From: a virus
Lineage: Duplodnaviria; Caudoviricetes
IMG/VR virus record: IMGVR_UViG_3300045594_000116
Location: 128,001 to 192,000 of that record
DNA: 64,000 nucleotides
Reading direction: 5' to 3' (one strand)
The position numbers and the translations under genes are program-made. Positions 20,051-29,134 of the stretch are shown one piece after another. Within the stretch, counting starts at the first letter, position 1, and each line of letters opens with the position of its first letter. Under the pieces are notes generated by a model. That model did not search any database. It was not told where the DNA came from and was given only the letters and a program-made list of their open reading frames with translations.

Positions 20051-21741
20051 TTATAACGTCAAAAGATTAGTGTATGGGATATTACCATTACCAAGGGTAT
20101 TGATGCCTACTTCATCAGTTGGGAATCCTTTAAGATTATCATTAATGATATTATCGTAATCAATAAATCTAATGATCCATTCAGGAATAGGATCGCCAAA
20201 CTGAATAGCTATTGAAGTGATTCCAGCTTTATACTCTTTAGCAGAAAGAAGTTCTACTGCTTTTTTATACATAGCAGGATCATCGTTCTTGATATCTTCT
20301 ACTGTTTTCTTATCAAGTTTAGTCTTAATAATCAGAAGACTATTTCTCTTCTCAAGATCGATAGGATCGGAATCTGCCGGCCGCAATGTGTTATATGCAT
20401 ATGCTGCTTTTATACCCTGAATTCTCATTGGCATTGCATATGAAGTCATTGGTTTGATCCGTGCTGGTTTATGATAAGTGGTTTCACCGCTCACCAGAGA
20501 TTTGAAAATCTTCTTTTCCAGTACAGCCAAGCTGTTAAGAATCTTCATCTGATCCACACCAGTCTCAGAATCAAGAATCTCTTCAAAGAGAATTCTCTTA
20601 AGCTCATCAGCAGTTGACTTAGGTGTACCGGCTTTATCCAATTCCAATCCTGTTACCGATAATGCTGCACTCTTAGGAACCATGTTTCCTTCCTGAACCA
20701 ATGTATTAGCGGCATAATGCTTCTTTACATAGGTAAGAAGAATAGACTTAAACAAAAATTCATTTTTCATGATCAATAAGCATTTCCGGCCAGGACTGGA
20801 AGAATAATGCTTATCGCAGAAGTTGCGCATATAATCAAGGATAAGCTGACTGATGGTGTATGACATAATATCTATAATCGAGCACCTGAGTCCATCTTGC
20901 GGAATAAGCTTTAGCGGTTCTACCGCACGATGAGTAGCTACAAGCTTATCGTTATAGAAATCATAGTCATAATCAAAGTCGATTAATTCCACTACCTTCT
21001 TTTTAGGCATATCTCCAAACTCATCAGCTTCTATGAGTTTAATGATATCATACTTCTGGTGCTTGATAGCCATATCAATTCCCTTAGTTTTTTCTGCTAA
21101 GAACTGATACCATGCTTCAAGAGAGATTATGCAAGAATCTGTATCTACGATCAACACTGTATCTCTCGGCATAGTCTCTATGCGATCAAGCTTATCCAAA
21201 GTGATATACTCGTAATACACATATTCTTTTACCCATGCTAAGAAGATATTCATATGATCTTTAATCTCTTCTGGAACCTTATTAGGATTCAAGAATGGAG
21301 TTTTTAAGGTCATAAGCATAGAGACAAGAAATGAATTTACCTTTTTATTTTCACAGAACTCAAACAGATTATTCTTGTAATAGATTCTGTTCAAATCTTC
21401 CTGTGATACTCGGCTAAGCATATCCCAGATTATCATGGCTTCCTTCTCACTCGGAACCCACATATAACCGGTTGTTGCCATTATCTTATAGAAACACTTC
21501 GTAAGACTTATATTCTCATCGATGATATCATTGTCATTAAGCTTTCTTATTGCTTTTTCCATTCTGATATTATCGATGAATGTTACTACCTCATCCAGAG
21601 AACCAAACTGAACATTATTCGCTAAGAATGATTCAAAGAATGTAATTGATGCCGAGATAATACTCTTACCCATAGTTGTAATACTCGGCGCTACATGTAA
21701 ATTGAAGAACACCGAAGACGGTGCCCCGAACGTTCCATATA
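20051..21741 (-). CDS. family B DNA polymerase C-terminal subunit, exon 2
   Basis: Motif C (DTDS), KNEFLF, KKHYA; reading frame begins ta-TAT-GGA (L-Y-G of motif B) after the intron. Confidence 0.88.
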
Positions 21742-22146
21742 CGAAATCTTAAGATAGGTCTACTGTGGATATCCACTCATTACCTATCCCTCTATTGCTA
21801 GAGCTTGATCTTTTCGATCAATGTCGAGACTATCTCTTCAACTCTAGATTCCTCTAGAGTTGGGTGGCACTTCCAACCCGTTTGGGCCGTACTTCCTTTC
21901 GGAATAGTCGTTGAACCTTCAAAAAATGTAATCTTTGAATTTGATACTGATTACAATTTAAGCTTGGCTGCTGATTGCCCATTGTACAAAGCACTTAGAG
22001 TTACTATCCCCATATGCTATCTTATAGTTTGTTTCTGCATTTCGCGACCTTTGTAAGGTACTATAAGCTTTAGGACTTCCCAGCAATTCACTCACCTTTT
22101 CGACGACCCTCACGAGCCGAAGGACCTATTGTTCTTTTGAACGTCA
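21742..22146 (-). ncRNA. group I self-splicing intron (405 nt, no homing endonuclease)
   Basis: Minus-strand core elements P (AAUUGCUGGGAA), Q (AAUCAGCAGCC), R (GUUCAACGACUA), S (AAGAGAUAGUC); exon ends in U and intron ends in G; splicing restores KIDMNGLYG. Confidence 0.9.
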
Positions 22147-22582
22147 AGCCATTCATATCAATCTTTGCTAACAACTGCAGCAGATTGTATTTGTTAAACA
22201 TCTCCGTACCTTTAGGATACTTGAACATCTCATTCTTGTATTTGGTACGTAAGTCTGCAAGACTTTCAATGAAGTTATAGTATGGGTTTACTACATCTCC
22301 ATGTCTTGCAAAGAGAACACCATATGCAGTGATGATCGGCTTTTTACTAGATATATAATCCACCATCTGCTTAAGTGTTGAGGTAACCTCTTTGTTTTTG
22401 TAGTTATTCAAGAGAGTGCAATCTGCATCCTTGAATCTCTTTTCCATAGAGAAGTCTATCACCTTTGCGATTTCATCTTCCAATAAAGATGGAAATGCAA
22501 GTTTAAGACTTCGCATCATGACGTTTTTGTACTCTTTAAGCGGGTCGTCATCCCGCAGCCCAAGATTAAATAGTTCAGCCAT
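22147..22582 (-). CDS. family B DNA polymerase C-terminal subunit, exon 1 (spliced product 708 aa)
   Basis: RTKYK...QLLAKIDMNG is the first half of motif B (KxxxNxxYG); aaggagg RBS. Confidence 0.88.
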
Positions 22583-22660
22583 TTGTCTATGTTCCTCCTT
22601 ATAATTGATTACTACCTTGTGAAGACCGGTCTAAAAAACTATAGTTACCTCCTTCAAGTA

Positions 22661-22670
22661 TATAATATAT
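22661..22670 (-). promoter_or_regulatory. early-type promoter for the polymerase gene
   Basis: ATATATTATA on the minus strand followed by TACTTGAAGGAGG. Confidence 0.55.
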
Positions 22671-22693
22671 AATAGAGATTGTCATTGTTCTAA

Positions 22694-22813
22694 ATTTCAG
22701 TTATGTATAATATAAGTGAATAAAGAATATGCGACACAGAAAACCCCTCTACCATCGCAAGTGGTAGAGGGATATCTGCTGTCACTATTCTAGGAAGAGA
22801 GGTGACAATTGTG
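22694..22813 (+). repeat. conserved structured leader, copy 1 (promoter-like start, long hairpin, RBS)
   Basis: Near-identical to the reverse complement of 44840-44958. Confidence 0.85.
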
Positions 22814-22966
22814 AACCATTCAGAGTTCTTGCCTAATTACATAGACAAGCATGGACCTGGCAAAGATGCAAAGTTTGATTCGAAAGAATCAGCTTTCGCC
22901 AGCATGTGGGATTTAATTTCCGCTGCCCAGGCGGCTTGGAAAAAAGAAATCTCGTTATCCCTGTAA
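22811..22966 (+). CDS. 51-aa small protein MNHSEFLPNYIDKHGPGKDAKFDSKESAFASMWDLISAAQAAWKKEISLSL
   Basis: GAGGTG RBS, GTG start, terminator at ~22995-23030; below the ORF-track length cutoff. Confidence 0.6.
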   Translation: MNHSEFLPNYIDKHGPGKDAKFDSKESAFASMWDLISAAQAAWKKEISLSL

Positions 22967-23163
22967 GACGCTTACTTAGATAATTGAGATTTGAAAAGAA
23001 GGGAGCCGAAGCAACTCCTTTCTTTTTTATTCAATATGTATATCTTATTATTTTTTCTTAATCGTAGCCAACCCTGTGCTAATTTTACTGTTTAAACATA
23101 AAAATAATCTACGGTAGTAGAAAACTAAATAGGCCTATTTAAAATATAAAGGAGGAAAATTCA

Positions 23164-23595
23164 ATGTTTATTGAAGGAAAGAATTCTGCTGTTCAGGTGG
23201 AAGGCACCGGTGTTGCCGATGAATCTGAGCTTAGAGGTTATATCTTCGAGAGCGCTGTATCTGCTATGCCGGATGAAGCTCGTAAAGCTTATCTGGAAAG
23301 CGAAGAGTGCAAGGCTGCTGTCGACGAGGGTGTTGTTGGCCGTCGTTCTATCATGCGTCTGAACAAAGCTGACGATCTGACTCGTCGTACGAAACTTGCT
23401 TGCCTGCAGAAGGCAAAGGAAGACAATACGGCAGAGTGGCAGCAGCTGCGTAAAGTTCAGGCTAAGCGCAAAGCTCTTCTGGCGAAGATCACGACGAAAT
23501 ATCAGAGCCGTGTACAGCGTGATGCTGTTAAGGCTCAGCGTGCTATGCTGAAGGTAACTCCTAATGCATTCACTGCTCCACTGAAGTTTAACTGA
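23164..23595 (+). CDS. putative virion/head protein
   Basis: Late promoter 23095-23106, aaggagg RBS, strong codon bias, IFE/SA cleavage-like site, terminator. Confidence 0.6.
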   Translation: MFIEGKNSAVQVEGTGVADESELRGYIFESAVSAMPDEARKAYLESEECKAAVDEGVVGRRSIMRLNKADDLTRRTKLACLQKAKEDNTAEWQQLRKVQAKRKALLAKITTKYQSRVQRDAVKAQRAMLKVTPNAFTAPLKFN

Positions 23596-23822
23596 TGTGA
23601 AGGTGGGGAGGACTTCGGTCCTCCTCTTTTCCTTTCGTTAGAATTTTAAGTATTCTTAACATTATGGTAGTGAATACTTTTTTGCCATGAAAGGTATACG
23701 CTCCTTAATTTATTATAACCTGATATCCGGGATGGGTCTAGGCTCATCCTGGATACCTGTGCAATTTCGATTTGAAGGATATATTATAGTATTGGTAAGC
23801 AAATATTCTATGGAGGTACAAG

Positions 23823-24152
23823 GTGAAAATAGGTATGACTATTGCTAACAAGATTGATTCATTTGGATCAAAAGCAAATTTTAAAGAATTCGAGGTGCAT
23901 CTTAGAGAAAAAGAAGATGGATATAAGTCTATCTTAGTTGCTGCTAAGACTACGTCAGCAAGAGCATTGATTACCAATGCCAACTCATTGAATGATACAG
24001 CCTATAAAATGATGGCTGGGCTTATACGTAACATAAAACCCGATGAGAAAAGATTAATCACAATGGCTAGAAATAGCAAGGTGGTATTAGTCCGTGGAGG
24101 ATATGAGAAATGTGCGGATTTAATTGGCAAATTCGTTACAGCACTATTGTAA
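23823..24152 (+). CDS. hypothetical early protein
   Basis: Early promoter 23779-23788; ggagg RBS. Confidence 0.65.
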   Translation: MKIGMTIANKIDSFGSKANFKEFEVHLREKEDGYKSILVAAKTTSARALITNANSLNDTAYKMMAGLIRNIKPDEKRLITMARNSKVVLVRGGYEKCADLIGKFVTALL

Positions 24153-24217
24153 GTTTTGAATAGTATTCCAACTTCTAATTAACCTAATATAGGGATAATA
24201 ACTTAAGGAGGATAATA

Positions 24218-26353
24218 ATGGTTGCATCAAATGAAGTAGTATATTTTATGTATGCAGAATTATTAGAAACTGGTCACATGGCAATTAAGACCAGTGAAAT
24301 CAACAGATCCACATGGCAGGATCATTATGATGGCATCATGAATCTCATGAAAGATCATATTGAAACGGAGCAGTTGCAGAGCAGCTTTGTTACTGTTGAC
24401 TTTGGTAATGGGGATATTGTAGAGTTGTCTGTAATCGATCTCTATATAAATCTCATTATGTGGTATCCACTTGTATCATTGAATATTCCGATCACCGGTG
24501 AGCATTTGTATTTCAATGAATGCGAAACCCAGGATACGATTAAGAATTTCTTTGATACGTATATCATCGAAAGGTATCGTCAGTATATTGATAACACAGT
24601 GCTGAACAATATCCTCGACGATGCAGTACATAAGTTGATTGAGACAGATGCATTTGGTATGTATCTGGCTAACACAATCAATTTAAAAGATACGATTGAA
24701 CTTATGCAGGCCAATCCTGAGTTCAATAACATTCTTCATACAAGTTTGGCTAATATGCCAATGGAAGATGTTAAAGAGATCGGTATGCAGTTGACTAATC
24801 GTAGTATTGATATTATCAAAGATGCTAAGAAGTATATTGGTCATGATCACTGTCTGGCTAATAGCTTTAGAGCTCAACAGGGTATCAATATTCGTCAGTT
24901 CAAAGAGTTCCTTTTGAATATTGGTTCCAAACCTAATGGTATGGGTGGTGTTCATCCATCTATTATTGATGGATCTTATGTCGGTGGAGCACTGAACAGC
25001 ATCCTGGCTCAGTTCATTGATTCTAGTGCTTCTCGTGTAGCACAGATTCAGACTAAGGGTAACACTGGTGAATCTGGTAAGTTTGCACGAGTATTAGGCT
25101 TAAATAATATCGATAGTGATATTATGCAAGACCCTGACTATGATTGTCACACAAAGAATTTTATCGTACTTCAGATTGTTGATAAGAAGCACTTTGAAGA
25201 GCTGATCGACCGTTACTATAGATTCGATCCTGATGGTATCGATCATCTGATCACTCCTAAGGATACATTCTTGATTGGTAGAATCATTTATCTGAGATCT
25301 CCGATGACTTGTGCATCTAGTGCACGAGGCCATGGCGTTTGCCATAAATGTTATGGTGAACTTGCTTATACAAATCGGCACATCAAAGTCGGTAAGTATG
25401 CAGCTGAGAAGTTATCTGCAGAGATTACTCAGCGACAGTTGTCGGCAAAGCATCTGCTTGAAACCATCATTAAGAAATTAACTTGGTTTGGTGGGTGGGA
25501 TAGATTCCTTGCTGTAAATATGAATATCATTCAGCTTAGCAAAGAAGCTATCATCAAGAAGAATACATTCCTTATCATAGATCCAGAGTCGATCGATTAT
25601 GTGAATGAGGATGATTATGATACTGATGGCGACATCAGCACTACAGATGAATATAATGAGTATATCACTGAGTGCCGTGTTGAAACTCCTGAAGGAGAAT
25701 CGGTAATCATTGGTACTGAGAATAAGGATAAACTTTATCTCAGTAATGAACTTAAGAGTTATATGACTCATTTCGGTAAAAGAACAGAGGATGGACTTAT
25801 CTCTATCGATCTGTTCCATATCTATAATGAGAATGATGAGTTCAGCTTCTTCCTGCTCGATCTGGACAATAACGAGCTTAGTAAGACCCTTGATGATATC
25901 AGAAATCTCATCGATCTTAAACCTGTAGTGCAGTCTCATAATAAAGACAGTATTCTGCAGGAGATGCTTAGACTCGTAATCGAAGGTAAACTTCATATCA
26001 TGTCTGTGCATCTTGAGATGCTTCTTATGGATCAGATCAGAGACGCTGATAATGTATTGGAAAAACCTGATTGGAGTAAGAAGAATGCTCCGTATCAGCT
26101 TCTGACGCTGAATCAGTCTCTTCTCAAGAATCCGAGCGTTACAGTAACGTTACTTTATCAGTATTTGAGCAAGGTACTTTACAATCCGTTGACGTTTAAG
26201 AAACATGCTCCATCCAGACTTGATCTGTTCTTCATGAAACAACCTCAGCAGTATCTCTCTAATCAGAGCAATATTGCTGAAACAAAACCAGTCAACACCG
26301 GAAAGACTAGGGTAATCACGAAGTATAGAGTTCCTGGAGAGCCAGATTGCTAA
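24218..26353 (+). CDS. multisubunit RNA polymerase beta-prime C-terminal subunit (probably the non-virion RNAP)
   Basis: Bridge-helix-like NTGESGKFARVL; DCHT...RSPMTC...GVCHKCYG Zn site; trigger-loop-like GKYAAEKLSAEITQRQLSAKH; lies downstream of an early promoter. Confidence 0.9.
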   Translation: MVASNEVVYFMYAELLETGHMAIKTSEINRSTWQDHYDGIMNLMKDHIETEQLQSSFVTVDFGNGDIVELSVIDLYINLIMWYPLVSLNIPITGEHLYFNECETQDTIKNFFDTYIIERYRQYIDNTVLNNILDDAVHKLIETDAFGMYLANTINLKDTIELMQANPEFNNILHTSLANMPMEDVKEIGMQLTNRSIDIIKDAKKYIGHDHCLANSFRAQQGINIRQFKEFLLNIGSKPNGMGGVHPSIIDGSYVGGALNSILAQFIDSSASRVAQIQTKGNTGESGKFARVLGLNNIDSDIMQDPDYDCHTKNFIVLQIVDKKHFEELIDRYYRFDPDGIDHLITPKDTFLIGRIIYLRSPMTCASSARGHGVCHKCYGELAYTNRHIKVGKYAAEKLSAEITQRQLSAKHLLETIIKKLTWFGGWDRFLAVNMNIIQLSKEAIIKKNTFLIIDPESIDYVNEDDYDTDGDISTTDEYNEYITECRVETPEGESVIIGTENKDKLYLSNELKSYMTHFGKRTEDGLISIDLFHIYNENDEFSFFLLDLDNNELSKTLDDIRNLIDLKPVVQSHNKDSILQEMLRLVIEGKLHIMSVHLEMLLMDQIRDADNVLEKPDWSKKNAPYQLLTLNQSLLKNPSVTVTLLYQYLSKVLYNPLTFKKHAPSRLDLFFMKQPQQYLSNQSNIAETKPVNTGKTRVITKYRVPGEPDC

Positions 26354-26471
26354 TCTATATGTAAGAGATATTAAGGCTGCTCATCCGGGCAGCCTTTTTA
26401 TTTTTTCTGACATTTCAATAAAAATGATGGGTATCTTATCCATCCTCTACCTTTATACAAGCAAAGGGGAA

Positions 26472-26831
26472 ATGAACATGGAAGAACAGCAGAAAACGCT
26501 AGGATATTACATGTCGCTTGTCTACCCAACTAGGTTCATAGAACTTAATGATGGTGGATTTAAAGCTATGCATCCGATGTTACATGGTTGCTCTGTAACT
26601 GGAACTACCATCACTAACTGTCTCGAAGAGTTGAAGAAGACTCGACGACTATGGATGATAAAAGCCATGGAGGAACATATGGATATTCCTAAACCAGACG
26701 ATTATCCATATCTGTATTTTAGATATGTGCATGTGTATTCTGAAGACGGAATTATGCTGTATTCGGTTCATATCTTCTTAGATGGATTCAAATCTAAGAA
26801 GAAAAATAAGAAGAAGAAAAAGGTATCTTAA
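26472..26831 (+). CDS. hicB: HicB-family antitoxin-like protein (orphan)
   Basis: YYMSLVYP...GGFKAMHPMLHGCSVTGTT...LWMIKAMEEHMDIPKP matches the HicB N-terminal domain; no hicA neighbour. Confidence 0.75.
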   Translation: MNMEEQQKTLGYYMSLVYPTRFIELNDGGFKAMHPMLHGCSVTGTTITNCLEELKKTRRLWMIKAMEEHMDIPKPDDYPYLYFRYVHVYSEDGIMLYSVHIFLDGFKSKKKNKKKKKVS

Positions 26832-26837
26832 AAGGAG

Positions 26838-27386
26838 TTGTTTACATTGTTCGATAAGGTTTCTCCAAAAAGAAATGCTGTCACCACTATGGATGTATAC
26901 GAGATTGCTAAAGACACGGATGATCAGGCTGTAGTCGATTATCTTAAGCAGGGAAATACGAGTTTCTCTATCGTTCGTTTTCATTTTGGTGAGGCCTATT
27001 TGTTTGCCCATATCAAAGAAGCTGCAGACCTTGAGTACATCAAGAAGATTGCGGACTTTATCCATGGTACGAATGGCAATATCTTCCTGTATGAAGCTAC
27101 TGTTCTTGGCTACATTTCCAAGCAGTCTGGCATTACCTTCAAATTGTCTATCGACGATGATTTGGAATACGAGCGTAAAGAGTTCGGAATTGATTCTTTT
27201 GTCGCTGAACAGGAGCCTGAAGACGTTATCAAAGTTTGCAATGAGATCAATGAAATCAAACCTAAGTTTGATATGCGTACGTCTCTTGCAGTGCGTCTGT
27301 ATCGTCCGGAATCTATTGAGTATGATTTTGCTGCTAAAGCTGAAATCATGTTCAAGCGTGTTGACGGCGAAGTAGTTAAACAGTAA
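26838..27386 (+). CDS. hypothetical protein
   Basis: ORF with phage codon bias; start uncertain. Confidence 0.7.
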   Translation: MFTLFDKVSPKRNAVTTMDVYEIAKDTDDQAVVDYLKQGNTSFSIVRFHFGEAYLFAHIKEAADLEYIKKIADFIHGTNGNIFLYEATVLGYISKQSGITFKLSIDDDLEYERKEFGIDSFVAEQEPEDVIKVCNEINEIKPKFDMRTSLAVRLYRPESIEYDFAAKAEIMFKRVDGEVVKQ

Positions 27387-27470
27387 AGTATCAATATGGA
27401 GCAGCCTTATACGGGCTGCTCTTATACTTTTTGATTGGCCCTAAAACACCATAATGTGAGGTGTTGATAA

Positions 27471-29024
27471 ATGCAGAAGCATAAATTAGAAGTTAAGCAC
27501 ACTTGTATTAAGATAAATAACTATGAACTAGGAGATCTTCCCAGTACAGAGAAGTTTTTCTCCATATGGGACCCTGTAAGATTTCAAGCATTTCCGAAAG
27601 GAATAAAATACGATCAAGAAACAAAGACTCTATATCTGCCTAGAGGAGCTAGCATCCCTAGGTTAGAGAAAGATTTAGGGGTAAATGCATTTATAGATCA
27701 GAGCCATGATCCAGTACAAAGGGTAAATCCTATTATGCTCAGATATATGCCTAGAGATGATATCCAAAAACAGGGTATTCAATTTCTTCTTGGAAAAGGA
27801 GAGTATGAGTATACCGCTAGAAAGTCTCAGCTATCTGTAAATCTAGGGCCTGGGGATGGAAAGACATATCTCTCTGTTGCAGCAGCTGCATATTATGGAG
27901 TTCGTATGGCTATGATCACTTCTGCTGGTGGTTGGATAGAGCAGTGGGCAGAGCGTATCCAAGAGTATACTGATACAACGAGAGAAGAGATCTATATAAT
28001 CAAAGGTAAACCATCTATAGTTATGCTACTGAATGGAGTTCATGATATATCGAAGTACAAATTCGTACTTTGCTCTCATAATACATTAAAGTCGTATGGC
28101 GATAAGAATGGATGGGATAAGATCGGAGAACTATTCAAGATGATGGGTATCGGGTTAAAGATATATGATGAGGCTCATCTATACTTCGATAACATTTGTT
28201 CTATAGATTTCGCTACAGATACTCTGAAGACTATATATCTTACTGCCACCCCAGCCAGAAGTGATAGAAACGAAGATAAAATATATCAAGCTGCATTCAG
28301 TAGTGTTCCGGGATTAGATTTGTTTGACGATGAGCGAGATCCTAGAACACACTATGTAGCTTTCCATTACAGTAGTAATCCATCTCCTATTGACGTTCAA
28401 CGGTGCAGAGGAGCATATGGATTCTTGGCAATCAAGTATATAGATTACGTAGTCAAACGCCCTAACTTCTATGAACTATTGTTCATACTATTGGAGATTG
28501 CTAAGACTAAAGGAAAGACTCTTATCTATATAGGCAAGGTGGATGCTATCTATCGAGTATATAATTGGATTATGTACAACTTCCCTGAACTGAATGGAAT
28601 GGTTGGAATGTATCATTCTAAGATGGACCCAGAGATAAAGGAAGCTGAAAAGGAAAAGCTTATCATCTTATCTACGATAAAGTCATGTGGAGCGGCTACT
28701 GATATCAAAGGTCTTCAGCTTACCATCAATCTGGCTAATCCTTTTAGCTCTAATGTAATTGCAAGGCAGACTCTTGGAAGGACTAGAGATAAAGGAACTA
28801 TGTACATAGACGTAGTAGATACAGGATTTGCAACTCTTAGAGGATACTATAAGCATAAGCAAGGAATATTCTCTAAGTATGCTTTAGACTTTAGAGATGT
28901 CATCTTGCGAAAGGATATGCTGCATGAAAAGTACATGCAGATGTTCGCTAACAAGATGGAATGGTATAACAAACTCTACTCTAAGGATTCAGATAAAAAG
29001 AAGAAAGTAATGCATTTAGTGTGA
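27471..29024 (+). CDS. SF2 DEAH helicase (UvsW/XPB-like)
   Basis: GPGDGKT, IYDEAH, LTATP, QTLGRTR motifs; AACA-N6-TG site at 27445-27456. Confidence 0.9.
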   Translation: MQKHKLEVKHTCIKINNYELGDLPSTEKFFSIWDPVRFQAFPKGIKYDQETKTLYLPRGASIPRLEKDLGVNAFIDQSHDPVQRVNPIMLRYMPRDDIQKQGIQFLLGKGEYEYTARKSQLSVNLGPGDGKTYLSVAAAAYYGVRMAMITSAGGWIEQWAERIQEYTDTTREEIYIIKGKPSIVMLLNGVHDISKYKFVLCSHNTLKSYGDKNGWDKIGELFKMMGIGLKIYDEAHLYFDNICSIDFATDTLKTIYLTATPARSDRNEDKIYQAAFSSVPGLDLFDDERDPRTHYVAFHYSSNPSPIDVQRCRGAYGFLAIKYIDYVVKRPNFYELLFILLEIAKTKGKTLIYIGKVDAIYRVYNWIMYNFPELNGMVGMYHSKMDPEIKEAEKEKLIILSTIKSCGAATDIKGLQLTINLANPFSSNVIARQTLGRTRDKGTMYIDVVDTGFATLRGYYKHKQGIFSKYALDFRDVILRKDMLHEKYMQMFANKMEWYNKLYSKDSDKKKKVMHLV

Positions 29025-29134
29025 TATTGCCCGTATCCTATCCAAGGATACGGGATTCCCTTTGTTTAGCGTCAATTCGTTTTTACACAACTTTAAAGTA
29101 ATGCAATTACGTTAAATCAAGAAGGTGAAAAAGC

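Noticed and set aside
21805-22056. 83-aa + strand ORF inside the intron as a possible homing endonuclease
   Set aside because: Antisense to the intron, overlaps the ribozyme core, and has no HNH, GIY-YIG or LAGLIDADG motif.
22088-22146. C-terminal LTFKRTIGPSAREGRRKGE of ORF 22088-22582, and the GTG start at 21712
   Set aside because: Artefacts of translating into and out of the group I intron.
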